Origin: Octopus sinensis
Lineage: Eukaryota
NCBI RefSeq assembly: GCF_006345805.1
Contig: NC_043000.1
Span: 104,532,001-104,596,000 of the forward strand
DNA length: 64,000 bases
Direction: 5' to 3'
In this document: piece by piece, positions 13,030-25,402 of the stretch
Position numbering within the stretch: position 1 is the first letter of the stretch
How the letters are laid out: each line of letters begins with the position of its first letter
The notes under the pieces: model-generated
Seen by the model: only the letters and a program-made list of their open reading frames with translations
Told to the model about the DNA's origin: nothing
The model's database searches: none
Program-made: the position numbers and the translations under genes

Positions 13030-13472
13030 AGTCTCAAATTTTGGCACAAGGCCAGCAATTTCGGGGGAAGGGTCAATTCGATTAATTCAACCCCAGTGAT
13101 CAACTGGTACTTATATCGATCCGAAAAGATGAAAGACAAAGTCGACCCCAGTGGCATTTGAACTCTTTGCATAAAGACGAACGAAATACCGCTTGGCAAT
13201 TTGCCCGGCTTGCTAATGATTTAGCCAGCTCGCCACCTTAAAACCTGTAAGTAATATTGCTTTCAAATTTTGGCATAAGGTTAGCGGTTTTGGGGGAGGG
13301 GGTAAGTCGATTATATTGACCTCAGTGTTCAACTGGTATATATTTTATCGACCCTGAAAGGATGAAAGGCAAAGGCAACTTCGGCGTAATTTGAACTCAG
13401 AACGGAAAGACGAACGAAATGCCGCTAAGCATCTTGTCCGGCGTGCTAACGATTCAGCCAGCTCGCCACCTT
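13030..13472 (-). mobile_element. Two tandem family A SINEs (13030-13240, 13260-13472)
   Basis: Same head and body motifs twice. aaacctg(a/t)aagtaatatt occurs before the first copy and between the copies. Confidence 0.85.
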
Positions 13473-13714
13473 ACTTAAAAATAATACTAAAAGGAATAAA
13501 GGGACAAAGTAAAGGTGAATAAAAAAAAAATGAATGCATTGGCCTAATAACATTTGAAGTTGGACAGGGTAACTTTTTCGATATGTATTAAGTATGACAT
13601 GTAAGCCTATTATGATAAAATGTCATTTAGGTGGCAGAAATGTCATATTTCTTTTCAAAATTTCTCTCTCCACACACGTACACACACACACACACCACAC
13701 ACACACACACACAC

Positions 13715-13758
<44 letters not shown>

Positions 13759-13774
13759 ACGTACACGTATACAA

Positions 13775-13900
13775 CGAACTTCCACACAGTTTTCGTCTAC
13801 CAAATTTCGTTCAGAAGGCATTAGTAGAAGACATTTTCCTAAGATGTCGCACAGTGAAACTGAATCTGAAACCACATCATTGCAAAGGAAGCTTCTTAAC
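13775..13900 (-). mobile_element. Family B SINE head fragment (tRNA-derived, CORE-like)
   Basis: cagttttcgtctaccaaattt...tagtagaagacattttcctaagatgtcgcacagtgaaactgaatc matches family B at 38758-38895. Confidence 0.6.
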
Positions 13901-14250
13901 CGTACGTTTGAAAAAAACAGACTGTTTGAGTCAGCAACAAATTTTGTTTGAGAATTCCAGAAAGTTTTCGAAATTATAGAAAACCGAGTGTACACAGTTT
14001 CGCATATCTGCTTGACATGCAACAAATGTCAACTTTTTCGTTGTGTGTGCGTGTGTGTGTGTGTGTGTGTGTGCATGTGCGCGCGCGAATTAATATAAAT
14101 AACATTATATTCTGTTTTATAAACAAATTATTGAAAGAGAGAGAAATTAGTAAAAAGAAAGCGATGTCAACAGAGACTTGTTGCTTCACTTGCTGGGCGC
14201 GAAATCAAGGGACGGTACTTTGTTGCTATGTTTCTGTGTGGTTGCCATCC

Positions 14251-14409
14251 CAGGGGCGGACCCAAGGGTGTTGGGCCTGAGCGGCACGTGATACCCTCAA
14301 GAAAAGAAGTGCGGTCTTCTAAATAATCTTATTACGCCCTTTCCTCCTGGAATTGTATTCCCTTCTGACCTTGTGCCCTCTTTTCGAAAAATTCCTAGGA
14401 CCGCCCCTA
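14251..14409. mobile_element. PIF/Harbinger-like MITE, ~160 bp
   Basis: Terminal inverted repeats caggggcggaccc ... ggaccgcccct; GGGGCGGA-type ends are typical of animal Harbinger MITEs. Confidence 0.6.
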
Positions 14410-14461
14410 CACCCCACACAAAACAAAAGAAACTTTCTTAATTTATGTACAGATACACACA

Positions 14462-14505
<44 letters not shown>

Positions 14506-14549
14506 CATGTATACACACGCAGGCTCGCGCACGTCCACATAAAGACAGA

Positions 14550-15088
14550 AGCATTCAGACCTTGTTAAATTTTTTCCAAATACTTGAAGTTTTTCAATGT
14601 GTCACTAGATTATTCTCAAAACATGTAGCTCTAATAAGGATGTCACAAGCAGTTAAAATTATATCATTTTAACCAATCGAAGCCTCGATTGCTGAATATA
14701 CTGGAAGTCGTGACTGTCCCCGTGAGAACAATGTGCAATCTTTTTGTTTTGTTTTAATGTTATGGTGTAGTTTAAAGAAGATTTGACTGCTATTTCTAGC
14801 AGGTCGAAAGACCAGGTAACAGTTTCGTGTGTATTGTTCCTATGGAGACATATCACCATAGGAAAATATACCACTTCCGGTATATTTAGCAATCGAGACT
14901 TTAATTGGTTAAAATTGCATAATTCCCAATGACTGTAACTCTTTTATTGATAATTTCTAGAAAAAAAAAATGCGATTTGCGTCATCAGCCTGCAAAAACA
15001 ACATTCGAACTACAGGTTTTGAAAAATAATCTAGGAAAATTAGAAAAACTTCAAGTGGTTGGAAGAAATTTAACAAATCCAAGCTTTC
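14550..15088. repeat. ~85-bp inverted repeat pair (14550-14634 / 15003-15088), possible non-autonomous DNA transposon
   Basis: ttgttaaattttttccaaatacttgaagtttttc...ctagattattctcaaaacatgtag is mirrored by ctacaggttttgaaaaataatctag...gaaaaacttcaagtggttggaagaaatttaacaa. Confidence 0.7.
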
Positions 15089-15108
15089 ATAATTAAAGTC
15101 ATCTTTAC

Positions 15109-15193
<85 letters not shown>

Positions 15194-15789
15194 CAACATC
15201 ATCAACAACAACAACAACAACAAAAAATGCTGTCATATATGTCGCTTGCAAAGTTGTAATTATTTGATTTTCGAAAATTTCGAAACTGAAAGGGCGGCAA
15301 TTGTTTTCTTTTTATTTTTTTCTCAGAATAGTTATCTTACACTTGAAAACATAAACGAGATTGTTGAGAAATATCAAAAAACCCCAACGAGTTACAGCCG
15401 GTAATTTATAATAATGCTTCGATCAAAACTCCGCCCATCATTTTGGTAAGAGTACCAAAAAAAGCTGTTTGGCTTTTTAAAATTCTACCGCCACTTAGAT
15501 CAGAAAAGGACTACCTTGTGTATGACACGTAAAAAATTAAGGAAAAAAATTGGAATACGAAGGACCAACCCTAGGCAGACTATATTTTGATGCCCTTACA
15601 AGGATGTGTGCATGTATGTATGTATGTATGTATGTATGTATGTATGTATGTATACGTGCAAATTTGTATGTTTTATTTTATGAATGCCTTCTCATCCATG
15701 TATTTGCGTATCCAGACATGCTCATATATATTTAAATGATTACGTATGTATGTATGTATGTATGTATGTTTGTATGTATGTATGTGTGT

Positions 15790-15832
<43 letters not shown>

Positions 15833-16109
15833 TGTGTGTGTGTGCTCGTGCGTGCATATGTCTGTGTGTATGTGTGGGTGTCCGCGCGCGCGTATTGTTT
15901 TTGCATTTGGTTGGCAAAATTTTTGATGCGCTGTCGTTCAGTCAATCAATCAAACAGTTAGGTTTGTCAAAGACCTTTTGTCGCCATTCACGACATCCTC
16001 AAATTGTCGAATAAATTGCTCATAAAAAAAGCAAGTGAAATATAACCAGTGTCTGTGTTTATTATTAGCATAACAATTTTTCCGAGATACAACCGTGTAT
16101 GTATATATG

Positions 16110-16145
<36 letters not shown>

Positions 16146-16151
16146 ATATAT

Positions 16152-16199
<48 letters not shown>

Positions 16200-16202
<3 letters not shown>

Positions 16203-16358
16203 TTTTTTTTTTCTCTCCTTGTTTCTTTCTGTGTTCCTTTCTGTGGAAGAGCGTAGGCTCGACACGTTAAAGGCTTTTTCATTTCCCGAGCGTTATACTA
16301 ATACATCTGTTTGTTGTCTAAACCACCTGTCTTCGTTTTTTGTTTTTTTGTGAATTTT

Positions 16359-16362
<4 letters not shown>
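16200..16362 (+). mobile_element. Short PLE-type terminal repeat (family E) between (TA)n tracts, with degenerate hammerhead-like core; second copy at 53876-54027 (-)
   Basis: ctgtggaagagcgtaggctcgacacgtta here; the reverse complement tttcgagcctacgctcttc is near 53975-53993, with a shared downstream body. Confidence 0.55.
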
Positions 16363-16427
<65 letters not shown>

Positions 16428-16821
16428 TCAGTGTGTATTCAAAGCAATGAATAGTTGTATTCAATGCAATTATTAGTAACTTACGAAACCGGTATGCTTG
16501 AATCTCTTTAATAATTTCACAATAATGACTTTTATTACTTTTATTCCTACCTCAGTTCATCTACTTGTATATATCTTTCGTTACTTTTCATGAAAAGCCG
16601 TTACTTTTTTTGATTTACAATGTGCATTTTCGTCTATTTTTCTTAAATCTCCTTACATCACCACGTGTAGTTTCTATTTTCTTTTTGTAACATATTTCTA
16701 TTATATATATATATATATATAAATTTCCGTGTGTGAGTGTTATGTATGTGAAATTTCTTCAAAGAGGAAAGTCAGCTAAAATAAGAATAAAGCGCTTTTA
16801 CATTTTATTGAACAGGAAATT

Positions 16822-16938
16822 AAAGTGTTTTGCTTCCCAACTACATGTTTTTGGCTTCAGTCCCACGGCATGACATCTTGGGCAAGTATCTTTCAGTGTA
16901 GCTTCGAGCCGACCAAAGCTTTGCGAGTGGATTTCGTA

Positions 16939-16979
<41 letters not shown>

Positions 16980-17160
16980 TTTGGATCTGTTTGTCCTCAT
17001 TACCACTTGACAACTAGTGTTGGTGTATTTACGTCCACGTAACCTAGCGTTCGGCAAAAGACACTGACAGAATAAGTACTAGACTTAAAGAATAAATCCT
17101 TGGGGTCGATCTGTTTGACTATCCCTCTCACCCACCATGGGTGAAACAAGTAAAGCAAAA
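16822..17160 (+). mobile_element. Family B SINE (tRNA-like head, CORE-like cttgggcaagt, internal (TG)n, tail ending gaaacaagtaaa)
   Basis: Colinear with the reverse complement of 37940-38895. Confidence 0.8.
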
Positions 17161-17171
17161 GAAAAAAATGC

Positions 17172-17201
<30 letters not shown>

Positions 17202-17202
<1 letters not shown>

Positions 17203-17415
17203 GTTAATCCAAACATGAGTAAAGAGAAAACACAACAACGCGAGGACGTGGAACAAGTATAGTGTTATAAGACGCTCAGGAAAGGAAAGAAAGAAGGAGG
17301 ATTTAATGTTTCGAGCGGAGCTATTCGTCAGAAGCATCGAAAAAGGAAAGATCCAAGGAAGGGAAGACGGAGAAAGAAAATCGCCAACGATGCACATGCG
17401 GTCACATATTGAAAT
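17202..17415 (-). mobile_element. PLE-type terminal repeat, family D (copy 1), with minimal hammerhead-like motif, ending in (TA)n
   Basis: Homologous to 36912-37100 and 54221-54432. Minus strand CTGACGAATAGCTCCGCTCGAAACATT. Confidence 0.7.
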
Positions 17416-17634
17416 ACCGGAAGGGAATGGGTGAAGAACAGGCATGGTGAGAGGGTATGAATGTCGGTGTAGGTGTAAATGGTGGCGACAAAAAGAAAGA
17501 AGTGGAAGTAGAAAGAAAGAAGAAAGGTAAAACGAGGACGAGAAAAAGTGAAAGGGAATAGAGTAGGAAAAATCTGGACTACATCTGTTTCATAGCGAGT
17601 ATATATATAGAGTATATATATATATAGTCTCTTT

Positions 17635-17848
17635 AAGGCGACGATCTGGCAGAAACGTTAGCACACCGGGCGAAATGCGTAGCCGTATTTCGTCTGCCGT
17701 TACGTTCTGGGTTCAAATTCCGCCGAGGTAGACTTTGCCTTTCATCCTTTCGGGGTCGATAAATTAAGTACCAGTTACGCACTTAATCCGTTTGTCTGTC
17801 CTTGTTTGTCCTCTCTGTGTTTAGCCCCTTGTGGGTAGTAAAGAAATA
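17635..17848 (+). mobile_element. Family A SINE
   Basis: aaggcgacgatctggcagaaacgttagc...gggttcaaattccgccgagg...gtgggtagtaaagaaata. Confidence 0.9.
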
Positions 17849-18224
17849 TATATATATATATATATATATTCTCTTTCTACTTCGAAGACATCAAACACAT
17901 GACATGACTCTCCAAAGCAAGTGATGATCTGGACCTGAGTTGCTTGTCCGTTCAGCCAGTTTTGGATATATATAACTGTATTGATAACATAACTATGACA
18001 ATATTCTGTTTTCTATTGATCGCCAGACATTCTGTCCAACGCCTTTATAATTTCTACGATCCCATGTAATAACAATAGTTAGGAGAAACAACAACGACAA
18101 CATCTGTCATAACAACCAGAATACCAATGGAAATAGCATAGGAAAATGATCAATATTATTTCCAGTTAACATATTTATTGCTCTGTGCATTAAATATGTT
18201 AACACTAACACGTACAAAGAAAAC

Positions 18225-18300
18225 AAACCAACCTGCGATCCACCCATCCATCCATCCATCCATCCATCCATCTAGCCTGCTACCCACCAGCTGGCATCCA

Positions 18301-18331
<31 letters not shown>

Positions 18332-18980
18332 AACCGGCCAGCCAGCTAGCCAACAACCAACGAGCCTACAAGTGAACCTACCAATCGGCCATGCACTCAA
18401 ACCAACAAGCCAACCAACTAGCTAACCGTCCATCTGTACGTCCGCCCGTCCGTCTGTCTGACCTTCCGTTCGTCCGTCTATCCATCCATCCATCCATCCA
18501 TCCATCCATCCAACCAGCTAACCAATAACCAATAACCAACGACCCAACTAGTGAACCTACTACACGACCAGGCACCAGGCAGTCAAACCAACAAGCTAGC
18601 TAGCCAACCAACCAACCAACCAACCAACCAACCAACCAACCAACCAACCAACCAACCAACCAACCAACCAGCCAACCAATCAACAAACCAACCAACCAAC
18701 CAGCCAACGAACTGGCTAACCGTCCATTTGTACGTCTGTCCGTCCGTCCCTTCCGCCTGTCTGGCCTCTCGTTCGACTATCTGTCTGTCTGTCTGTCCCT
18801 CCGACATTCCGTCTGACCATCTGTCCGACTATCCATCCATCCATCCATCCATCCATCCAGCCAGCCAGTCGGCTATCCAGCCATCAAGCTCTCCAGCCAC
18901 CCAGCTATCCAGCCATCTAGACAGCTAGCCAACAACCAACTAGCCAGCCAGCCTGTCAGTCGGCCACCCACCCACCCTTC
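18225..18980. repeat. Mixed tetranucleotide array (CCAT/CCAG/CCAA/CCGT)
   Basis: Directly visible. Confidence 0.9.
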
Positions 18981-19594
18981 AATCCAGACAGCAAAATTTT
19001 CCTTTGTTATTTACTCTACTAAAACATGTAACAATCTCTACGTGGTCGGTCAATCTATTAGAAATTGCAATCAAATATCACACCCTGCCGTCTTAAGAAA
19101 AGAAAAAAGAAAACACCCAACAAAAAACAAAAACAAAGACCTATTGAATAATATCAATATAATTTCTAGGCCACTCTTCCTTAAAAAAAAAAAAAAGAAG
19201 GAAGACAAGGAAAGGTAAGATGTTTTTGCAGAAATGTTTTTGATTTGATCATAGGTCTGCACTGCAAAGCATCAATAACAACGAAGAACTAGAATAATGT
19301 CAAAGTGCTGATTGTCATTCACGAATGAGGGAAGCTAGTTAAATACAAGGATAGACAGATGGATAGGTAGATAAATAGATATATAGATAGACCGACAGAG
19401 AGACAGACAGGCAGATAGATAAGATAGATAGATAGATAGACAGATAGATGGATGGATGGATGGATGGATAGATGGATGGACAGATGACAATAGAAGCGAT
19501 GATAAAGATGAGGTAGATTTGATTAACTTACCAAGGAGCAACTGTTTATTTTTTACTAAGTTTATCTCGGCGGGTTGGTTTGTTCAGGATAAGA

Positions 19595-21420
19595 AGTGGT
19601 GGTGGTGGTGGTGGTGGTAGTGGTTATTTATGATGTTGGTAGCAGTTCTTGATGTTGCTGGTGATGATGGTGATGTCGGTGGTGTGGTAGCGGAGTGAGC
19701 TCTTGTTGATGGTAGATGAAATGGTAGTGATGCTGCTGGTGGTGGGGTGGGGTGGGTGGTTATTGTTGCTGTTGTTGTTGTTGGTAGTAGTAGTAGCAGT
19801 AGTAGTAGCAGCAGTAGTAGTAGTAGTAGTAATAGTAGTATTGGAGATTATAGTGATGGTGGCTGGAATGGAGGTTGCAGGTTTTAAGTGATGATAGCTG
19901 TGGTGATAGTGATGGTGGTGGTGATAATATTTATAGGGTGGTGGTTATGGTGGTGGGGGTGGTAGATTTTGTGTGGTGGTGGTAGAGTTGTAATTATGAT
20001 GGTTGCAGTGGTTGTTATTGTGGTAATGATGGGGTAGGTATTACTCCGGTGTTGGTAATAGTGATAATACTGATGGTGGTGGTAGTGGTGGTGGTGATAA
20101 TAGTGGTTATTATTATAGTAGTAGTAGTTATAGTGGTGGCTGTGCCGGTGGGAAGGGAGATAGAGGGAGGGAGAGGTGGGAGGAAGGTGAAGAGGTACGA
20201 GTTGATGATTGGGTGATTTTGATGGTTGCAGTGTTGATGATGATGGGTGTAGTAGGAGGCATGGAAACAGAGGTGGAGAGGCTAAAGAGGAAAAGGGACG
20301 ACGAGGAGGAAAAGAGAGGGAAGATGAAAGTGGTGGTGTGAGGATGATGACGATAGTGATGACTGTAGTGGTGGTGGTGGTGGTCGTCGTCGTCGTGATG
20401 ACAATGATGATGATGATGATGATGAAGATGATGGTGTTGATGATGATGATGATGATGATAATGGTAATGGTGGAAACAGAGGTGGAGAGGGTAAAGAGGA
20501 AAAGGGACGACGAGAAGGAGAAAAGAGAGAGAGGGTGAAAGTTATGGTAGTGATGGTGGTAGTGTGAGGATGACAATTGTGATGAGTGTAGAGGTAGTGG
20601 TGGTGGTGGTGATGATGGTGGTGGTGGTGGTGGTAAGAGTGGTGGCACTTTTCCTTTCGTGGAGTAATGGTGGTGGTAGTAGTGATCGTTGAAGCAGTGG
20701 TGGCGATGATAGTGGTGGGGATGATGGTGGTAATGTAGAGAGCAGCTGTGGTGGGAGTTAGGAAAAGGAGGTGGAGGAAGAGACTGCGTAAGAGATAGAT
20801 AAATAGATAAGAAGACAGAGAGAGAAAAGAGAGAGAGAGAGAGAAAGAGGGAGAAGGAGAGGAAGAAATAGAAACAAAAGGAGTGATAGTAATTGAGTTA
20901 GTGTTGGCGTTGACGATAGTGCTGGCGATGGTAGCAAGAGAGACAGGACGTTCCTTGACCCATAAAGAAATAATGGTGAATTTCCTCTAGATCAATTTGA
21001 AAAAATTAAAAACATGCCGAAGCAGTCATCATCATCATCATCATCATAATAATAATAATAATCATCATCATCATCATAATCATCATCACCGTTATCGTCG
21101 TCGTCGTCGTCGTTGTCATCGTCATCATCATGGTCCACCTCCTCCTCATCCCTTCCACCTCCTTCCCTCCACCCCTCCTCCTTTCCTTCCACCCCTTCTT
21201 CTTCTTCTTCTTCTTCTTCTTCTTCTTCCTTCCTCCTATTCCTCTTCCTCCTCCACCACCACCACCACCACCACCACCACCACCACCACCACCGCCACCA
21301 CCACAACCGCCGCCGCAATCACCACCACCGCCGCCGCCGCCGCCGCCGCCACCGCCACCGCCGCCACCACCACCACCACCACCACCATATCTTCGTCATC
21401 GCCATCGTCGTATCTTGTCA
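19595..21420. repeat. Long degenerate trinucleotide region: GGT/GAT/GTA, then CAT/CTT/ACC/GCC
   Basis: Directly visible; the ORFs here are homopolymeric artefacts. Confidence 0.9.
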
Positions 21421-21924
21421 TTGTCATAAATACCACCAACATTGTCAATTTCATCAGTCTCAGCTTGTTGTTCACCGTGTTGTTGTAAAACTACACCAGA
21501 TCAGCTTCTGATCAAGCCGATCTATAATCAAAGGTATTGTTGCAATAACTATTCATGGTTTGGACGTTTTTTTTTTTAGACACATTCCAATATAATCAGA
21601 ACAAGATTTGGCTGAAGAAGTTTCTTCGTTGACACACTGCTGTTTTATTGCGATGAATGCAGAATTATTTATCAAAGACACGTACACTTATGTGTAATGC
21701 GCGTATGTGAATGTATGAACGTGTGTGTTTGTACGTGCGTGTGTTTGTGTGTGTGTGTGTGTGTGTGTTTTGCGAGTGTGTGTGAATGTGCATGCATGTA
21801 TGCATATATATACACACATATGCACCATGTGCACGCATATATATTTCTATATCGTCAAATAATATATCACTGGTTATCCGGTCTATCATACTGAGTGTGC
21901 ATCAGTTCGAGATTTATGGACAAC

Positions 21925-21956
<32 letters not shown>

Positions 21957-22274
21957 TGTATGTATGTATGTATGTATGTATGCATGTATGTATGTATGTA
22001 TGTATGTATGTATGTATGCATGCATGTATGTATGTATGTATGTATGTATGTATGTATGTATGTATGCATGCATGCATGCATGTAGGTATGTACGTATGTA
22101 TGTATGTATGTATGTATGTATGCATGCATGCATGTATGTGTGTATGTATGTATGTATGTATGTATGCATGCATGTATGTATGTATGTATGTAGTATGTAT
22201 GTATGCATGTATGTATGTAGTATGTATGTGTGTATGTATGTATGTACGTGCGTACGTATGTATGTATATATATA

Positions 22275-22322
<48 letters not shown>

Positions 22323-22330
22323 GTATACGT
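21925..22330. repeat. (TATG)n / (TA)n microsatellite
   Basis: Directly visible. Confidence 0.95.
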
Positions 22331-25038
22331 ACACATGCAAACACACTCTCACACGCGCTGTTACACACACACACACATTCATGCACAGATATTTGCAATA
22401 CACCAGTATTAACTAGGACTAAATTAATAGATTAGTCTATTAATCTGTGTTATGTGTTCACTACAACAGATTAAATCAACTACCGTTTGCAATATTCACA
22501 CCAAACCTAATAAAGCTTAACTCCCTTTATTTTACTGTTAGTCTTTATTTCTACCATGGTATATGTCTGTCTGTATGTGTGTATGTGTGTATGCATCTAT
22601 GTATGTGTGCAGGTATGTATATACGTATGTGTATGCGTATGCATTTTCTGATGTAGTTTTGCAAATTTCTCAGCAATAAAGAAATGTAGTATTTGTACAG
22701 GTAGGCACATGTGGATATGTAATTCCATTTCTCTTCACACACACACGCCCCCTCCCCACGCACACACACACATACACTGCATGCACAAGAATCTTCCCTG
22801 CATATACACCTGGATTTGTAAGACTAAATAGATAGATTAACCTATGTAATCACTAATCTGTGCAAAGTAGTCTGCATCACATTAAAGTCAACCGCCCTAT
22901 CTATTATTCATTACTAACCTAACAAAGCTTAATTCCCTTTCTTGCTCTTTCTGTGCCCCTTTCAGTCTGCCTGTCAGCTTGCCTGCTTATCTGTCTGTCT
23001 GTCTGTCTGTTTGACATGTCTGCTCTATTTTCTGGTTTTATTGCTCAAATCCTCAGCCATGAAGAGGAGTTGGTGTTCAATATAGTAAAAAAGTGTCTTT
23101 CATTGGATTTTAGACGGCGTTAATAAGGTAGCCACGTATCTACGTACCTATGTATTTATGTCCGTCTTTCTGTCTGTCTGTCTGTCTGTCTGTATGTCTG
23201 TATGTCTGTCTGTCTGTCTGTATGTCTGTCTGTCTGTCTGTCTGTATGTATGTATGTATGCATGTATGTATACATACCTAACCCTAATCATACACGTATG
23301 ATTATGCATCCTTGTATGCATATGATTGCCTGTGTGAATCTGCACATTTTGACATATGCATATGCGCATATAGGTATAATTGTATGGTTTTCGTTTTAGC
23401 TGCGGCTTTAAGTTTCGCCTGATGGTTAATCCAACCAATCTTGTGGAAATTTAAAGCGTCATTCAAAATATTTTATAATAAACTTGACTCTACTTTCTGT
23501 ATTCAACCTGTCATCAGTGAATATTCTTTTGTTAGACTTAACCTTGCTTAAATATATAGCTTTAATTTAACATTTATATTTGCGTGCCTATAGATGTGTT
23601 TACGTACAAGATGCTAAATTTCTGCAATGATTTACATATTTTTGTAGTTCTATTAATGACTGATAAGAATAATGAAGCCCAACTTCTCCAGACTGGTGCT
23701 GAGGCTATAAGTTATATAACCAAGTGCACTCCCTCCCCAAAATCAAAGGCAGAAGTTATTTGAATTTCATTGTATAGCGTTTTGGCCATATGCTTCATTA
23801 ATAATATACTAATAGCATTTTCAGATAGCTGCTTATGATATGGGTAACATCTGCAGTATTAATCACAGTTGTTATATTAAAGTTTTTCACAAACCTCCAT
23901 ATCCCTTTAGTGCATCAGGTATTTTCTTATTTCCTGTTCTTGGATTGCAAAAAACATACTTTGAAGTGAGAGCTAATATAAAGTTGTTATTTTTTAAATC
24001 CATGATATTCTTCTCTGGTTATTTATGTTCTTATCCCTTTGAAGATTTCTAATTATAGTCATATATGATTTTCTGCTGATAAACAGAAAACGTTTCATTT
24101 GACGTTTTGCTGCAGCAGAAGTGAGCAAATTTCTTGGCTGTGCATCTCTGGTAATTAATCAAGGAATAGTTTCCGGGAATTTCTTTCAAACTCACATGAA
24201 ACTATTTGTATTATCTTATACAGACATGATTCATATATGTACTTTGACGCTTGACGGTCAGTTAACACGCGCTGTCGAAGAGTTATGATACAACATTCAA
24301 AGACTGTTGGATTTATAGGTAGAAATGTAGATTTATAATCTGGTTAAAGCAGTAGTAAGTTTCGAAGCACTTGATAATAAATATTTCTTTCTTACAGATG
24401 TTTAATGATATGCTTATATCTGCTTGACGTTTGAACCCTATAACTGCCTATGATTTATGATTTTGATCTAAAACGGCAATATCAGTCTCGTATTTGCATT
24501 TGGCAGAAGTTCTAATGGGAATGTTTCACCGATATTTCTTGAGTTGCAACATGCTAATGTACTGAACACTAGGTAAAAATCTTTAGTAGAAAGTAGTTTA
24601 CCAACAGCATCATGCCATGGAAGAAGGTAACATATTTTTGAAAATTTGGAGTAGTTGTTAATGTAGTTAGTAATGAATAATAGATTAATACTTTTGTTAT
24701 CAAGGGCTTGCGAAAAATTCGGAAGATTTCCGTTAACATTTACTTTAATTTTTTTTCCGAAAATTGGAAGGTTAATGTCGAACCCATTTTAATAATTGAT
24801 AATTCCGAGTCCAAATCTTGGTAAAGTCAATGTATAACATTATCGATATTTTGCTTATATCTTGTGAGTATAGAAATGTCATTGTTTTTTGTTAAACACG
24901 TGTTTTGTAGCTATCTCTTCCTCTTGGATTACGAACACACAATTTTTGAAATACATGATGCTGTAATAATCTCCTGTGCAAAAATGTCTACACTCCTTGT
25001 CAAAGCATTGTTCTAAAGTTTCGCGAAACATAATGGAA

Positions 25039-25092
<54 letters not shown>

Positions 25093-25105
25093 CATCATTA
25101 TTATT

Positions 25106-25155
<50 letters not shown>

Positions 25156-25237
25156 TATGATAATCTTCATTCCCTTTTTTAAACTGATGAATACTATATG
25201 TATGCATAATATGCTTAATTGTATACCATGTATATAA

Positions 25238-25402
25238 TTCGTCTGCCTTTACGTTCTGAGTTCAAATTCCTCCGAGGCCTACTTTGCCTTTCAACCTTTC
25301 GGGGTCGATAAAATAAGTACCATTAGAGCACTGGAGCCAATGTTGTTTCTCATTCTTCTCCCTCAAAATTCCATATCTTGTGCCTTTAGTATAAAGGATT
25401 AT
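25238..25402 (+). mobile_element. 5'-truncated family A SINE
   Basis: ttcgtctgcctttacgttctgagttcaaattcc...ctttcggggtcgataaaataagtacc...tgtgcctttagtataaaggattat. Confidence 0.8.

Noticed and set aside
19703-21511. Poly-Pro, poly-His and poly-Glu ORFs resembling extensins or formins
   Set aside because: Every frame gives homopolymers from trinucleotide repeats; no domain or splice evidence.
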